DNA of 11,192 nt from Candidatus Iainarchaeum sp. Its GTDB lineage: Archaea > Iainarchaeota > Iainarchaeia > Iainarchaeales > JAFCCJ01. Shown here in pieces: positions 1 through 7,673 of this stretch. The notes under the pieces were generated by a model. That model was not told the DNA's origin. It saw nothing but the letters and a program-made list of their open reading frames with translations, and did no database searches. A program made the position numbers and the translations under genes. Each line of letters starts with the position of its first letter. The stretch's first letter is position 1. The stretch is taken from positions 1 to 11,192 of the forward strand of contig JBDRHK010000045.1 of assembly GCA_043816965.1 (NCBI GenBank), read 5' to 3'.

Positions 1-897
1 AAAAATCCAGTAGCCCCCCTGATCTGGGAGGACTTTGAATCAGGAAGTGATAGTGAAGAACTTATTGGCTGGAGTTTTGCCGGAAACCACCCACAATATT
101 CCAATACGATTCTCCGTAATACGCAAAGTTTGCTAAGCGGAAGAATGAACACTGCTGGCGCAACCTACAACTCAACCGCTTATCGCCGTTTGGGCAACAA
201 GCACAAGATTTATTCATCAATGAATTTCTATATTGAAAGGGTATCAGGGCCGCCTTCATGGAATATGAAGATGTTCAGGATGACTGCAGGATACCCTGGT
301 TATAAGGACGGGGTACCTAGTATGAGCATTACATTAAACCATCCGAGTTATGGGGGATCCTTTGCAAATTATGTGGGCGGTAGCCAAAGGCCAAATCAGG
401 CTGGCATGGGTGAATGGGCTGAGTTAAGCTGGCAAAGATGGGAGTATTACCTAAAAGTTTCGGATCCAATTGAAACCCCCACCGGCACCATGCAATTTTG
501 GTCAGACGGCGAGAAAAGAATTTATTGGGATGAGATACTGACCATGGCAAGCGGCGCAACCCAGGTGGATGGGGAATATGTATATATTGATGCCTTTGAC
601 CTGCCTTTTTATATGGCTAATTCCTCAACTACTGCCGGTGATGATGGCCCAAATGAATACACTGTTTACTATGATGATGTTTATGTGGATGATACTCCTG
701 CAAGGGTTGAAATATGTTCCGGAGCAAACTGGTGGGAGAAGGGAAACTGCGAAATCCAAATCCCTTCTGCATGGAACAATTCCTCGATTACCTTTACCGC
801 AAAGCAAGGCAATTTTGCGGATGGTGCAACCGCTTACTTGTATGTTGTTGATGAATCCGATACAGTTAACCAGAATGGTTTTTCAATCACTTTTGGT
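1..897 (+). repeat. Protein module copy A (homologous to 1507-2427)
   Basis: Shared motifs with copy B; exact DNA matches tggcaaagatggga (430-443 = 1993-2006) and tgcgaaatccaaatccctt (748-766 = 2281-2299). Confidence 0.85.
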
Positions 898-2430
898 GAA
901 GCCCCGCTCTGCGTCCCTTCAGCAGAAATTTGCGATAATGGCTTGGACGAGGACTGCGATAATTTAATTGACTGCAATGATTCAGATTGTGACGGAACTC
1001 CAGAGTGCCCTTCCTGCACCCCGACAACAGAAATTTGCGGAGATGGAATAGACCAGGATTGTGATGGGGAAGACCTAACTTGCCCTCCAGGAAGATGCGA
1101 TCAGGAAACAATTGAATTCTTGTTAGAAGCACCAGTAATCTCACTTATTAATTCCAATAATGGTTTAGCATGTGGCGGCATTACAGATGAAAGCACGCCA
1201 AGGATTTTAATGCGCGGCACAACAGGGCAGGTAAGCGAAGCATTCAGTTACGAGTATGATACTGATGTTACAGTCAACAATGATATAAGGGATCTTCTTC
1301 CCTCGCAGAACTATGACATAATAATCCTAAACCTCGACAACGGCCAATCTAACACTTTATCCCAAAGCTCAAATTCCTCCGGAGAACTAACATTTAACGC
1401 AGCAATAATCGAACCTCCCCCTGCTGGAACCCCGCAAATAATTTCAGCTCCTTCAACCCTAACCCACAATGTTTCTTTTACAATCTCTGGAGAGAATTTC
1501 GGAACAAAAAGCCCGGCAGTGCCTTTGGTGTGGGATGATTTTGAAGCGGGAACTGTAGGCGGTACAGTTCCTGGAAGTTATCCTGTAATTGGTCCGCAAT
1601 GGTCGGGAATAAGTGTTGATCCACAACCTTCTTATACAGATACAAAAAGCCATGCAGAGTCACAAGCCGCACTCATACAGTGGCAACAATATTCAATTAG
1701 TGCTTTTAATACACGGTGGGATCCTACCCAAGAAATTTATATATCTTATTGGAGATACATGGAACCGCAAGTGCCAGAAGAACTGCCAACTAATCATAAG
1801 CAGTTTTATGTTTTTGGGAATTTTAATGCATCTGGCGAAAATCCAGCGTATGGTCGTGAACTTAACCAACTTCTTTTGGGTGCTATTATGCCTACTCGTC
1901 CACATTGGCAATTAAATGTTCAGAACCAGCCCGTTACAAATTTCCCTTTCTCTAATGGTGTTACGCGTCTTTGGTCAGAAACAATCAACCTATGGCAAAG
2001 ATGGGAAGTTTATGGAAAATTAAACAATCCATATACGGAGTCCAACGGAGAGCTTAAGGCTTGGGTAAACGGACAGCAAACTTTTTCAGATACGGGACTG
2101 GTTCTTCGGAATGTTGATGGAAAATGGTATAGGATAGGTTTAGGGTATATGTATGGCGGATATCATCCCGGAGGCACTGATAGGAGCTATTTCGACAATG
2201 TTTACATTGACAACACCCAGGCAAGAATCGAGCTCTGCAATGTCTCCAGCTGGACCCAAAAAAACATTACCGGCGGAAAATGCGAAATCCAAATCCCTTT
2301 TGCGTGGAGTACTGAGTCAATCACATTCACCGCAAACCAGGGAACTTTCACAACTGGCCAGACCGCTTACTTATATGTGATAGATTCCGAGGGAAATGTT
2401 AGCAATGGATATCCGGTGAGCTTTTCCTGA
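1..2430 (+). CDS. Large modular, probably secreted/surface protein (5'-truncated by the window): two homologous ~300-aa beta-rich modules (IPT/TIG-like frame around a putative jelly-roll/polysaccharide-lyase-like core), Cys/Asp-rich repeats and a Pro linker
   Basis: Frame 1 is open from base 1 (KNPVAPLIWEDFESG...), so the TTG at 130 is not the real start. The internal duplication is visible by eye (PLIWEDFESG/PLVWDDFEAG, WQRWE twice, ARVEIC..CEIQIPSAW/ARIELC..CEIQIPFAW, AYLYVVD/AYLYVID). Rich in Thr/Ser/Asn/Trp/Gly. Fold assignments are inference. Confidence 0.8.
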   Translation, partial: KNPVAPLIWEDFESGSDSEELIGWSFAGNHPQYSNTILRNTQSLLSGRMNTAGATYNSTAYRRLGNKHKIYSSMNFYIERVSGPPSWNMKMFRMTAGYPGYKDGVPSMSITLNHPSYGGSFANYVGGSQRPNQAGMGEWAELSWQRWEYYLKVSDPIETPTGTMQFWSDGEKRIYWDEILTMASGATQVDGEYVYIDAFDLPFYMANSSTTAGDDGPNEYTVYYDDVYVDDTPARVEICSGANWWEKGNCEIQIPSAWNNSSITFTAKQGNFADGATAYLYVVDESDTVNQNGFSITFGEAPLCVPSAEICDNGLDEDCDNLIDCNDSDCDGTPECPSCTPTTEICGDGIDQDCDGEDLTCPPGRCDQETIEFLLEAPVISLINSNNGLACGGITDESTPRILMRGTTGQVSEAFSYEYDTDVTVNNDIRDLLPSQNYDIIILNLDNGQSNTLSQSSNSSGELTFNAAIIEPPPAGTPQIISAPSTLTHNVSFTISGENFGTKSPAVPLVWDDFEAGTVGGTVPGSYPVIGPQWSGISVDPQPSYTDTKSHAESQAALIQWQQYSISAFNTRWDPTQEIYISYWRYMEPQVPEELPTNHKQFYVFGNFNASGENPAYGRELNQLLLGAIMPTRPHWQLNVQNQPVTNFPFSNGVTRLWSETINLWQRWEVYGKLNNPYTESNGELKAWVNGQQTFSDTGLVLRNVDGKWYRIGLGYMYGGYHPGGTDRSYFDNVYIDNTQARIELCNVSSWTQKNITGGKCEIQIPFAWSTESITFTANQGTFTTGQTAYLYVIDSEGNVSNGYPVSFS
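910..1098 (+). repeat. Two Cys/Asp-rich repeats (CxPxxEICxxGxDxDCD), resembling the MopE-related putative metal-binding motif
   Basis: CVPSAEICDNGLDEDCDNLIDCNDSDC and CTPTTEICGDGIDQDCDGEDLTC; resembles the EICDGxDNDCDG consensus of extracellular metal/Ca-binding repeats. Confidence 0.7.
1432..2427 (+). repeat. Protein module copy B (complete, begins PQIISAPSTLTHNVSFTISGENFG)
   Basis: Follows a PPPAG linker; ISGENFG is IPT/TIG-like; homologous to copy A from 1507 onward; the protein ends at the module boundary. Confidence 0.85.
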
Positions 2431-2432
2431 TT

Positions 2433-2446
2433 GAAAGCTTTAAATT
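2433..2446 (+). promoter_or_regulatory. Putative archaeal BRE/TATA promoter for rpl15e
   Basis: gaaagc-TTTAAATT about 55 nt upstream of ATG 2499; shares aagcttta with the candidate psmA promoter. Confidence 0.55.
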
Positions 2447-2498
2447 ACTTCCCTTTCAAAGAATATTAGGTACCAATTCTCTCTTTTTGAGTGATTTT

Positions 2499-3104
2499 AT
2501 GGGTTTATCTAAAGCAGTAACTGAAACATTCCAGAAGGAATACAAGGGCAAGAAGAGCCCTGATTACGAATACAAGAACATTTACAGGGACAGGCTTATT
2601 GAATTTCGAAAAGAGCCCTTATCTATTGTAAAAGTGGACAAGCCTACAAATATTGCCCGCGCAAGGAAATTGGGCTATAAGGCAAAGCAGGGAATAGTTG
2701 TAGCAAGAATCAGAATCAGGAAAGGTTCAGGCTTGCACAGAAGGCCAACAAGAGGGAGAAGGCCAAAAAGAATGGGCGTGAATAAACTCACCCGAAGGAC
2801 CAGCATTAAGGCTATTGCCGAAAGAAGGGTCAGCAAAAAATTCCCAAATTGCGAGGTTTTGAATTCCTATTTTGTCGGCATGGATGGGCTGAATTACTAC
2901 TATGAGGTTATCCTTGTTGACACTGCCTCCCCCTCAATAAAATCCGACAGGGATTTAGGATGGATGACCGACAGGAAGCACAAGGGAAGGGCAGAAAGGG
3001 GAAAAACCTCCGCAGGAAAGAAGGCAAGGGGCCAGCACAAGAAGGGAATAGGCTCTGAAAAGGCAAGGCCAAGCGTAAGGGCAAAGGGAAGAAAGATAAA
3101 GTAA
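2499..3104 (+). CDS. rpl15e: 50S ribosomal protein L15e
   Basis: ARARKLGYKAKQG, RRPKRMG, EVLNSYFVGMDG..YYEVILVD, RGKTSAGKKARG motifs. ATG 2499 (after gagtga) preferred over TTG 2487. Confidence 0.97.
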   Translation: MGLSKAVTETFQKEYKGKKSPDYEYKNIYRDRLIEFRKEPLSIVKVDKPTNIARARKLGYKAKQGIVVARIRIRKGSGLHRRPTRGRRPKRMGVNKLTRRTSIKAIAERRVSKKFPNCEVLNSYFVGMDGLNYYYEVILVDTASPSIKSDRDLGWMTDRKHKGRAERGKTSAGKKARGQHKKGIGSEKARPSVRAKGRKIK

Positions 3105-3152
3105 ATTCCCTATGTTTTTAATCTCCATCAACCCTATTTTTAGCTGATTGAA

Positions 3153-3794
3153 ATGCTTGATTTAATCCAATTTTCCGAGCTCAAGGAAATTGAGAAATAT
3201 TCGCTCCTTTTGGGAAATGATTCAGTTATTGTATGCACAAGTTCTGAAAAGGAACTGTCGGAACTGAACAAAAATATCCGGAAATCTAAATTTCAGTTTC
3301 GAAGCTGCTTTATTTTGCGCGAGAATGATATGAAGCAGCTCCGCAAGGCAAAATCCAAATCTGATATGGTTGCCGTTTATGGTGGAACTCCTGAAATGAA
3401 CAAATTTGCCGCCTCGCACAAGGAGGTTGATTTGCTGATTAATGCAGTTGATTCAGGAAAACTTTCATTTGACACCGCCATCGCAAGAACCTTAAAGGAC
3501 AACAAAGTTTGTTTTGGGATTCTGTTTTCAGGGTTCCTGAATGTGAGGGGAAAAAATGCCGCGCTTTTCTGGAAGAACTATTTCCTTGCCGTAAAAATGC
3601 TGAAAAAATTCAGGGTGAATTTCTGCCTTTTCAGCGGGGCGAAAGAAAAGGATGAAATCCGCTCAGTGGAAGACCTTGCCGCGCTTGCGATTGTTTTGGG
3701 ATTTTCCGAGAAAAATGCTAATGTGGCGATTGCAGCTGCGGAAGAGAATCTCTTTGAAAGAAAAAGCACTAAAGGTTTCAGGGTGATAAAATGA
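3153..3794 (+). CDS. rnp3: Ribonuclease P protein component 3 (Rpp30), divergent
   Basis: VAVYGG..MNKFAA...VDLL and FSGA....IRSVEDLAALAIVLGF resemble the Rpp30 pattern; canonical position after rpl15e. Confidence 0.82.
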   Translation: MLDLIQFSELKEIEKYSLLLGNDSVIVCTSSEKELSELNKNIRKSKFQFRSCFILRENDMKQLRKAKSKSDMVAVYGGTPEMNKFAASHKEVDLLINAVDSGKLSFDTAIARTLKDNKVCFGILFSGFLNVRGKNAALFWKNYFLAVKMLKKFRVNFCLFSGAKEKDEIRSVEDLAALAIVLGFSEKNANVAIAAAEENLFERKSTKGFRVIK

Positions 3795-4324
3795 TTCCAT
3801 CACGAAAAGAGGCACTAGACATTATGAAATCATATCTGCCCCAAAACATAATTGACCATTCAATGGCTGTGAATAAAGTGGCGAACTACCTCGCCGAAAA
3901 GCTTGTTGCGAAGGGCGAAAAAATTGATTTGCAATTGGTTGATACTGCCACAATCCTGCACGATATTGACAAGATTATAGAGCCCTCAGGAAAAAACCAC
4001 GGGAAAGAAAGTGAAAGAATTCTCCGCGAGAAAGGCTTTCCGGAGGTTGCCTCTGTTGTTGGGAAGCATGGTTTGGGAAATATCCTGAAAAAAGGGGAAT
4101 TAAGCAGATGGGAGGATAAGGTTGTTTGGTATGCTGATAAGCGCGTAAACCATGACAAAATTGTTTCCCTGGATGAGAGATTTGCCTATCTGCGCAAAAC
4201 CTATGGCCATATTAGCGGTGAAATCGCAGAAATCATTGAAAGTTCCTATCCGAAGGCAAAGGAACTGGAAGAGGAGATTTTTAATAAGTTGGATGTTAAT
4301 AAAGATCTGGGAGAATTGAAATGA
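3791..4324 (+). CDS. HD-superfamily (HDIG-like) metal-dependent phosphohydrolase
   Basis: H...HD...H...H...D metal ligands: DHSMAV, ILHDIDK, NHG, KHG, YADK. GGTGA SD at 3782-3786; ATGA overlaps with both neighbours. Confidence 0.9.
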   Translation: MIPSRKEALDIMKSYLPQNIIDHSMAVNKVANYLAEKLVAKGEKIDLQLVDTATILHDIDKIIEPSGKNHGKESERILREKGFPEVASVVGKHGLGNILKKGELSRWEDKVVWYADKRVNHDKIVSLDERFAYLRKTYGHISGEIAEIIESSYPKAKELEEEIFNKLDVNKDLGELK

Positions 4325-4662
4325 AAAACGTGAAAAAGGGAATTAAGCCAATTCCTCCCACAATGAGGGGAAAAAAGAGGTATATTAATTTCGAGCTCAT
4401 TGGAGGGGAGAAACTAGGTGAGAATGAGGTTTCTAAGGCAGTTTGGGACGTATTTCTGAAACTTTATGGGGAAGTGGGTGTTGCTAGGCAGAAGATCTGG
4501 ATGATTGAATTCAAAAAGGGAAACGGGATTCTGCGCTGCTCAAATGAAACCACCGAAGAGGTAAAGGCAGGGCTTCTTTTCCTGAAAAAAGTTGCTTCTA
4601 CTGCCGTAAATCCCAAAATAACTCTGGTTTCCGGCTCTTTGAGGAAATTGAGGAAGAAATAA
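4321..4662 (+). CDS. rnp2: Ribonuclease P protein component 2 (Pop5/Rpp14 family)
   Basis: KPIPPTMRGKKRYI N-terminus, LYGEVG, GILRC, VSGSLRKL; sits directly before psmA as in the canonical operon. Confidence 0.93.
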   Translation: MKNVKKGIKPIPPTMRGKKRYINFELIGGEKLGENEVSKAVWDVFLKLYGEVGVARQKIWMIEFKKGNGILRCSNETTEEVKAGLLFLKKVASTAVNPKITLVSGSLRKLRKK

Positions 4663-4671
4663 ATCCCCGTT

Positions 4672-4688
4672 AAAACAAGCTTTATATA
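4672..4688 (+). promoter_or_regulatory. Putative internal BRE/TATA promoter for psmA and downstream genes
   Basis: aaaacaagc-TTTATATA in the 75-nt intergenic gap, about 50 nt upstream of ATG 4738. Confidence 0.6.
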
Positions 4689-4737
4689 CCTTACGATATC
4701 ATATTAAATATAAACGGAGAAAAACGAGTGGAATTTT

Positions 4738-5457
4738 ATGTATCCTGTTTCTCAGAGCGCGAACTATGATAGGGTTGCAACGATGTTCAGCCCGGACGGC
4801 AGGCTCTACCAAGTGGAGTACGCCGCAAAAATCGTTGGCCAGGGCACATTGGGCGTTGGCGTAAAGTACGCAGATGGGGTGCTTTTCGGGGCAGACAAGA
4901 AAGTCCCAAGCAAACTCCTCCTGCCTGAATCAATTGAAAAATTGTTTAAAATTGACGATCATATTGCCGCGGTTTCCGCAGGATTGGTTGGTGACGCAAG
5001 AAGGCTTGTTGGAATTGCAAGGGCCAAGGCACAGGAAAATATCATGTATTTTGAGGAACCGATTCAGGTTGAAACATTGGTTAAGGAAGTTTCAAATGTT
5101 AAGCAATGGTTCACCCAGTATGGTGGGATGAGGCCTTTTGGAATTAGTTTTATTATTGGCGGGTTTGATGACACCGGTGCAAGGCTGTTTGAGACCGAGC
5201 CAAGCGGGGCAATGGCTGAGTATAATGCCACCGCAATCGGAAAGAACAGGAATAAGGCAATGGAACTTATGGAGAAGGAATACAAGGAAGGAATGACCCT
5301 TGATTCGGCTATCGCACTTGCACTGAAGGCATTGAAGGCAGGGCTGGAGGGGAAGGAAACCCTGGATTCTAACAGGATGGAATTTGCATTTATAGACGAT
5401 AGCAGAAAATACAAAAAAATTGCTGCTGATAAATTGAAGTCTTATTTAGGGAAATGA
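4738..5457 (+). CDS. psmA: Proteasome subunit alpha
   Basis: YDRVATMFSPDGRLYQVEYA signature, SAGLVGDARRL, TQYGGMRPFG, LFETEPSG. Confidence 0.98.
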   Translation: MYPVSQSANYDRVATMFSPDGRLYQVEYAAKIVGQGTLGVGVKYADGVLFGADKKVPSKLLLPESIEKLFKIDDHIAAVSAGLVGDARRLVGIARAKAQENIMYFEEPIQVETLVKEVSNVKQWFTQYGGMRPFGISFIIGGFDDTGARLFETEPSGAMAEYNATAIGKNRNKAMELMEKEYKEGMTLDSAIALALKALKAGLEGKETLDSNRMEFAFIDDSRKYKKIAADKLKSYLGK

Positions 5458-5484
5458 AAAACTTGCCCCCCGGGGGTTGATTAA

Positions 5485-6180
5485 ATGGTAAAGATGGAAG
5501 ATGCGGTTATAGCCCGCTTTGAAAGCAAAGGCGAAAAGTTCGAAATGCTGGTTGACCCAGACCTGGCTATGGATTTGAAAGAGGGAAGGGAAGTGAATTT
5601 CAACGATTTGCTGGTTATTGATACAGTTTTCAAGGATGCCAATAAGGGCGATGAAAAATCAGAAGAAAAGGTAAAGGAGATTTTTGGAACTGCCGGAATC
5701 AATGAAATTGCAAAAAAGATTATTCTCGAAGGGGAAGTTCAGTTAACGACTGCCCAGAGAAGGGAGATAATGGCGAGGAAAAGAAAGGAAATTGTTGCCT
5801 TCATTGCAATGAATGCGGTAAACCCGCAGACAAAAACGCCCCACCCGCCACAGAGGATTGAGAACGCAATTGAGGAGGCAAAGCTGCAGATTGATTTCGG
5901 TAAAACTGTTCAGGAGCAGATCCCTGAGTTTATGAAGGAACTGAGGAAGCTGATTCCGATTTCCCTTGAGCAGCTGAAACTTGCGATTAGGATTCCTGCC
6001 GAGCACGCAGGAAAGGCAGAGCATATATTGCACAAATACAAGCTGCAAAAAGAGGAATGGCAGAAGGACGGTTCCCTTATTGCGGTGGTGGAAATACCCG
6101 CCGGAATGAAGCAGGAGTTGTTTAACGAGATTAATGCGATAACGCACGGAGAAGTAGAATCAAAGATACTGGAGGAATGA
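5485..6180 (+). CDS. sdo1: Ribosome maturation factor SBDS/Sdo1
   Basis: VIARFESKGEKFEMLVDPD, VFKDANKGD, GEVQLTTAQRR, NPQTKTPHPPQRIENA, EEWQKDGS. Confidence 0.97.
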   Translation: MVKMEDAVIARFESKGEKFEMLVDPDLAMDLKEGREVNFNDLLVIDTVFKDANKGDEKSEEKVKEIFGTAGINEIAKKIILEGEVQLTTAQRREIMARKRKEIVAFIAMNAVNPQTKTPHPPQRIENAIEEAKLQIDFGKTVQEQIPEFMKELRKLIPISLEQLKLAIRIPAEHAGKAEHILHKYKLQKEEWQKDGSLIAVVEIPAGMKQELFNEINAITHGEVESKILEE

Positions 6181-6181
6181 G

Positions 6182-6928
6182 ATGAAAAGGATTGTGGTTC
6201 CAGGGGAACTGATAACAGACAAAAGGAAGAAGACAGGCTCACATGTATTTGTGAGGGAAGGAAAAATTTATTCAGACATAATTGGCCTGGCAAATGAGGA
6301 TGGGGAATTTGCCTCGGTTGTTCCATTGGAGGGAAAGTATGTCCCAATGAGGAATGATTTGATTGTGGGGGTTGTCTCAGGCGAGAAATTCTCAGGCTAT
6401 GATGTTAACATAAACACCCTTTATACAACCTATCTTTCGAAGAAAGAGATTAGGGAAAGGCTAAAAATTGGCTCAATAATTTCCGCAAAGGTAATGGAAA
6501 TTGACGAGATGAGGGAAGTAAATATAGGAAACATAAGGGTATTTTACGACGGGGAGATTATTACAGTTTCCCCTGTAAAGGTCCCGAGGATTATTGGGAG
6601 GGAAGGCTCAATGCTCAATGTGCTGAAGGCCGGAACAGGCTCATCAGTAATTGTGGGCAGGAATGGCTGGATATGGGCCAAGGGGGGAAATATCCCGCTG
6701 CTTATTGAGTCAATAAAGAAGATAGAGGATGAGGCCCATATGGACAACCTCACCAATAGGATGGAGGAATTCCTTTCCAAGAAGGCAGGCAAGAAAGCCA
6801 TTGAGCCAAAGGCCAAGGACGAGAAGGCTAAGAAAATGGGAGAGGAAATGCAAGATGAAATGCAAGATGAAATGGGAGAGGAAAATGATGAAACGATTGA
6901 GGATGAAACAGGTGATTTAATTGGCTAA
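6182..6928 (+). CDS. rrp4: Exosome RNA-binding subunit Rrp4 (S1+KH) with a charged C-terminal tail
   Basis: IVVPGE, VVPLEGKYVP..NDLIVG, KVPRIIGREGSM (KH GxxG), VGRNGWIW, IEDEAHMDNLTNR. Confidence 0.96.
   Translation: MKRIVVPGELITDKRKKTGSHVFVREGKIYSDIIGLANEDGEFASVVPLEGKYVPMRNDLIVGVVSGEKFSGYDVNINTLYTTYLSKKEIRERLKIGSIISAKVMEIDEMREVNIGNIRVFYDGEIITVSPVKVPRIIGREGSMLNVLKAGTGSSVIVGRNGWIWAKGGNIPLLIESIKKIEDEAHMDNLTNRMEEFLSKKAGKKAIEPKAKDEKAKKMGEEMQDEMQDEMGEENDETIEDETGDLIG
6833..6880 (+). repeat. Four in-frame 12-bp tandem units in the rrp4 tail
   Basis: aaaatgggagag gaaatgcaagat gaaatgcaagat gaaatgggagag = KMGE EMQD EMQD EMGE. Confidence 0.85.
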
Positions 6929-7673
6929 GAAATCAGATGAGAAAAAAGTTTTAGTGGATAAGAAAGGAAAAAGGATTGACGGAAGAGGGGTTAATGACAT
7001 AAGGCCTTTGAAGATTGAGGCAGGGGTTATCCCAAATGCGGACGGTTCTGCATATCTCGAATGGGGGCAGAATAAGGTTATTGCAAGTGTTTACGGGCCA
7101 AAGGAGTGCCTGCCCAAGCACACGCAGAATCCTTACAAGGCCGTAATAAAGTTCAATTACCGTATGGCAACCTTTTCAGTACCTGACAGGAAGAACCCAA
7201 GGCCGGCGAGAAGGGAGATAGAAATCTCAAAGGTTTCAGGTGAGGCACTTGAGAAAGTGGTTTTCCTTGAGAGGTTCCCTGGAACAGAAATAAAAGTGGA
7301 TGTTGAGATATTAGATTCCAATGCAGGAACAAGGGTTGCGGCATTGGTTGCGGCATCAGTTGCCCTTGCAGATGCAGGCATTCCGATGAAGGACATGGTT
7401 GCAGGCACAGGAGTTGGCAAGGCAGATGGGCATATGCTCGTTGACCTTAACAAGGACGAGGAAGACGCGGAAGATGCGGTGGATATTCCACTTGCAATAA
7501 TGCCCAATTCTGAGGACATAGTTCTGCTTCAGATGGACGGCCTTCTCACAAAGAAAGAGTGGGAAGAGGCGTTCAAGATGGGCATTGAGGCCAGCAAGAA
7601 GGTCTATGAGGTCCAGAAAGAGGCCCTCAAGAAAAAATACGATAAAGTTAATGCAAAGGAGGTGGCAAAGTGA
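6921..7673 (+). CDS. rrp41: Exosome catalytic subunit Rrp41 (RNase PH-like)
   Basis: RIDGR...IRP, ADGSAYLEWG, VYGPKE, YRMATFS, RREIEIS, phosphate-binding AGTR and acidic DLNKDEED...VD. TTG start with aggtga SD at 6910-6915. Confidence 0.97.
   Translation: MAKKSDEKKVLVDKKGKRIDGRGVNDIRPLKIEAGVIPNADGSAYLEWGQNKVIASVYGPKECLPKHTQNPYKAVIKFNYRMATFSVPDRKNPRPARREIEISKVSGEALEKVVFLERFPGTEIKVDVEILDSNAGTRVAALVAASVALADAGIPMKDMVAGTGVGKADGHMLVDLNKDEEDAEDAVDIPLAIMPNSEDIVLLQMDGLLTKKEWEEAFKMGIEASKKVYEVQKEALKKKYDKVNAKEVAK

Noticed and set aside
130..132. TTG start assigned to the 766-aa ORF
   Set aside because: The frame is open to base 1 and the upstream residues align with module B.
430..2400. Repeat pair as a diversity-generating retroelement TR/VR
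   Set aside because: Both copies are coding, mismatches are not adenine-specific, identity is patchy, and no reverse transcriptase is in the window.
3105..3152. Possible RNA gene (e.g. RNase P RNA or tRNA) in intergenic gaps
   Set aside because: All gaps are 75 nt or shorter, mostly AT-rich, and show no cloverleaf or stable structure.
5466..5476. CCCCCGGGGG palindrome between psmA and SBDS
   Set aside because: No loop or U tract for a terminator; the G run is adequately explained as part of the SBDS ribosome-binding site.
6833..6880. Tandem repeats (also 10786-10927) as a CRISPR array
   Set aside because: Short, in-frame coding repeats without unique spacers.
7440..7490. Possible inactivation of Rrp41 (atypical DLNKDEEDAEDAVD loop)
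   Set aside because: Two Asp residues six apart and the AGTR phosphate-binding motif are retained; it looks like a one-residue indel only.
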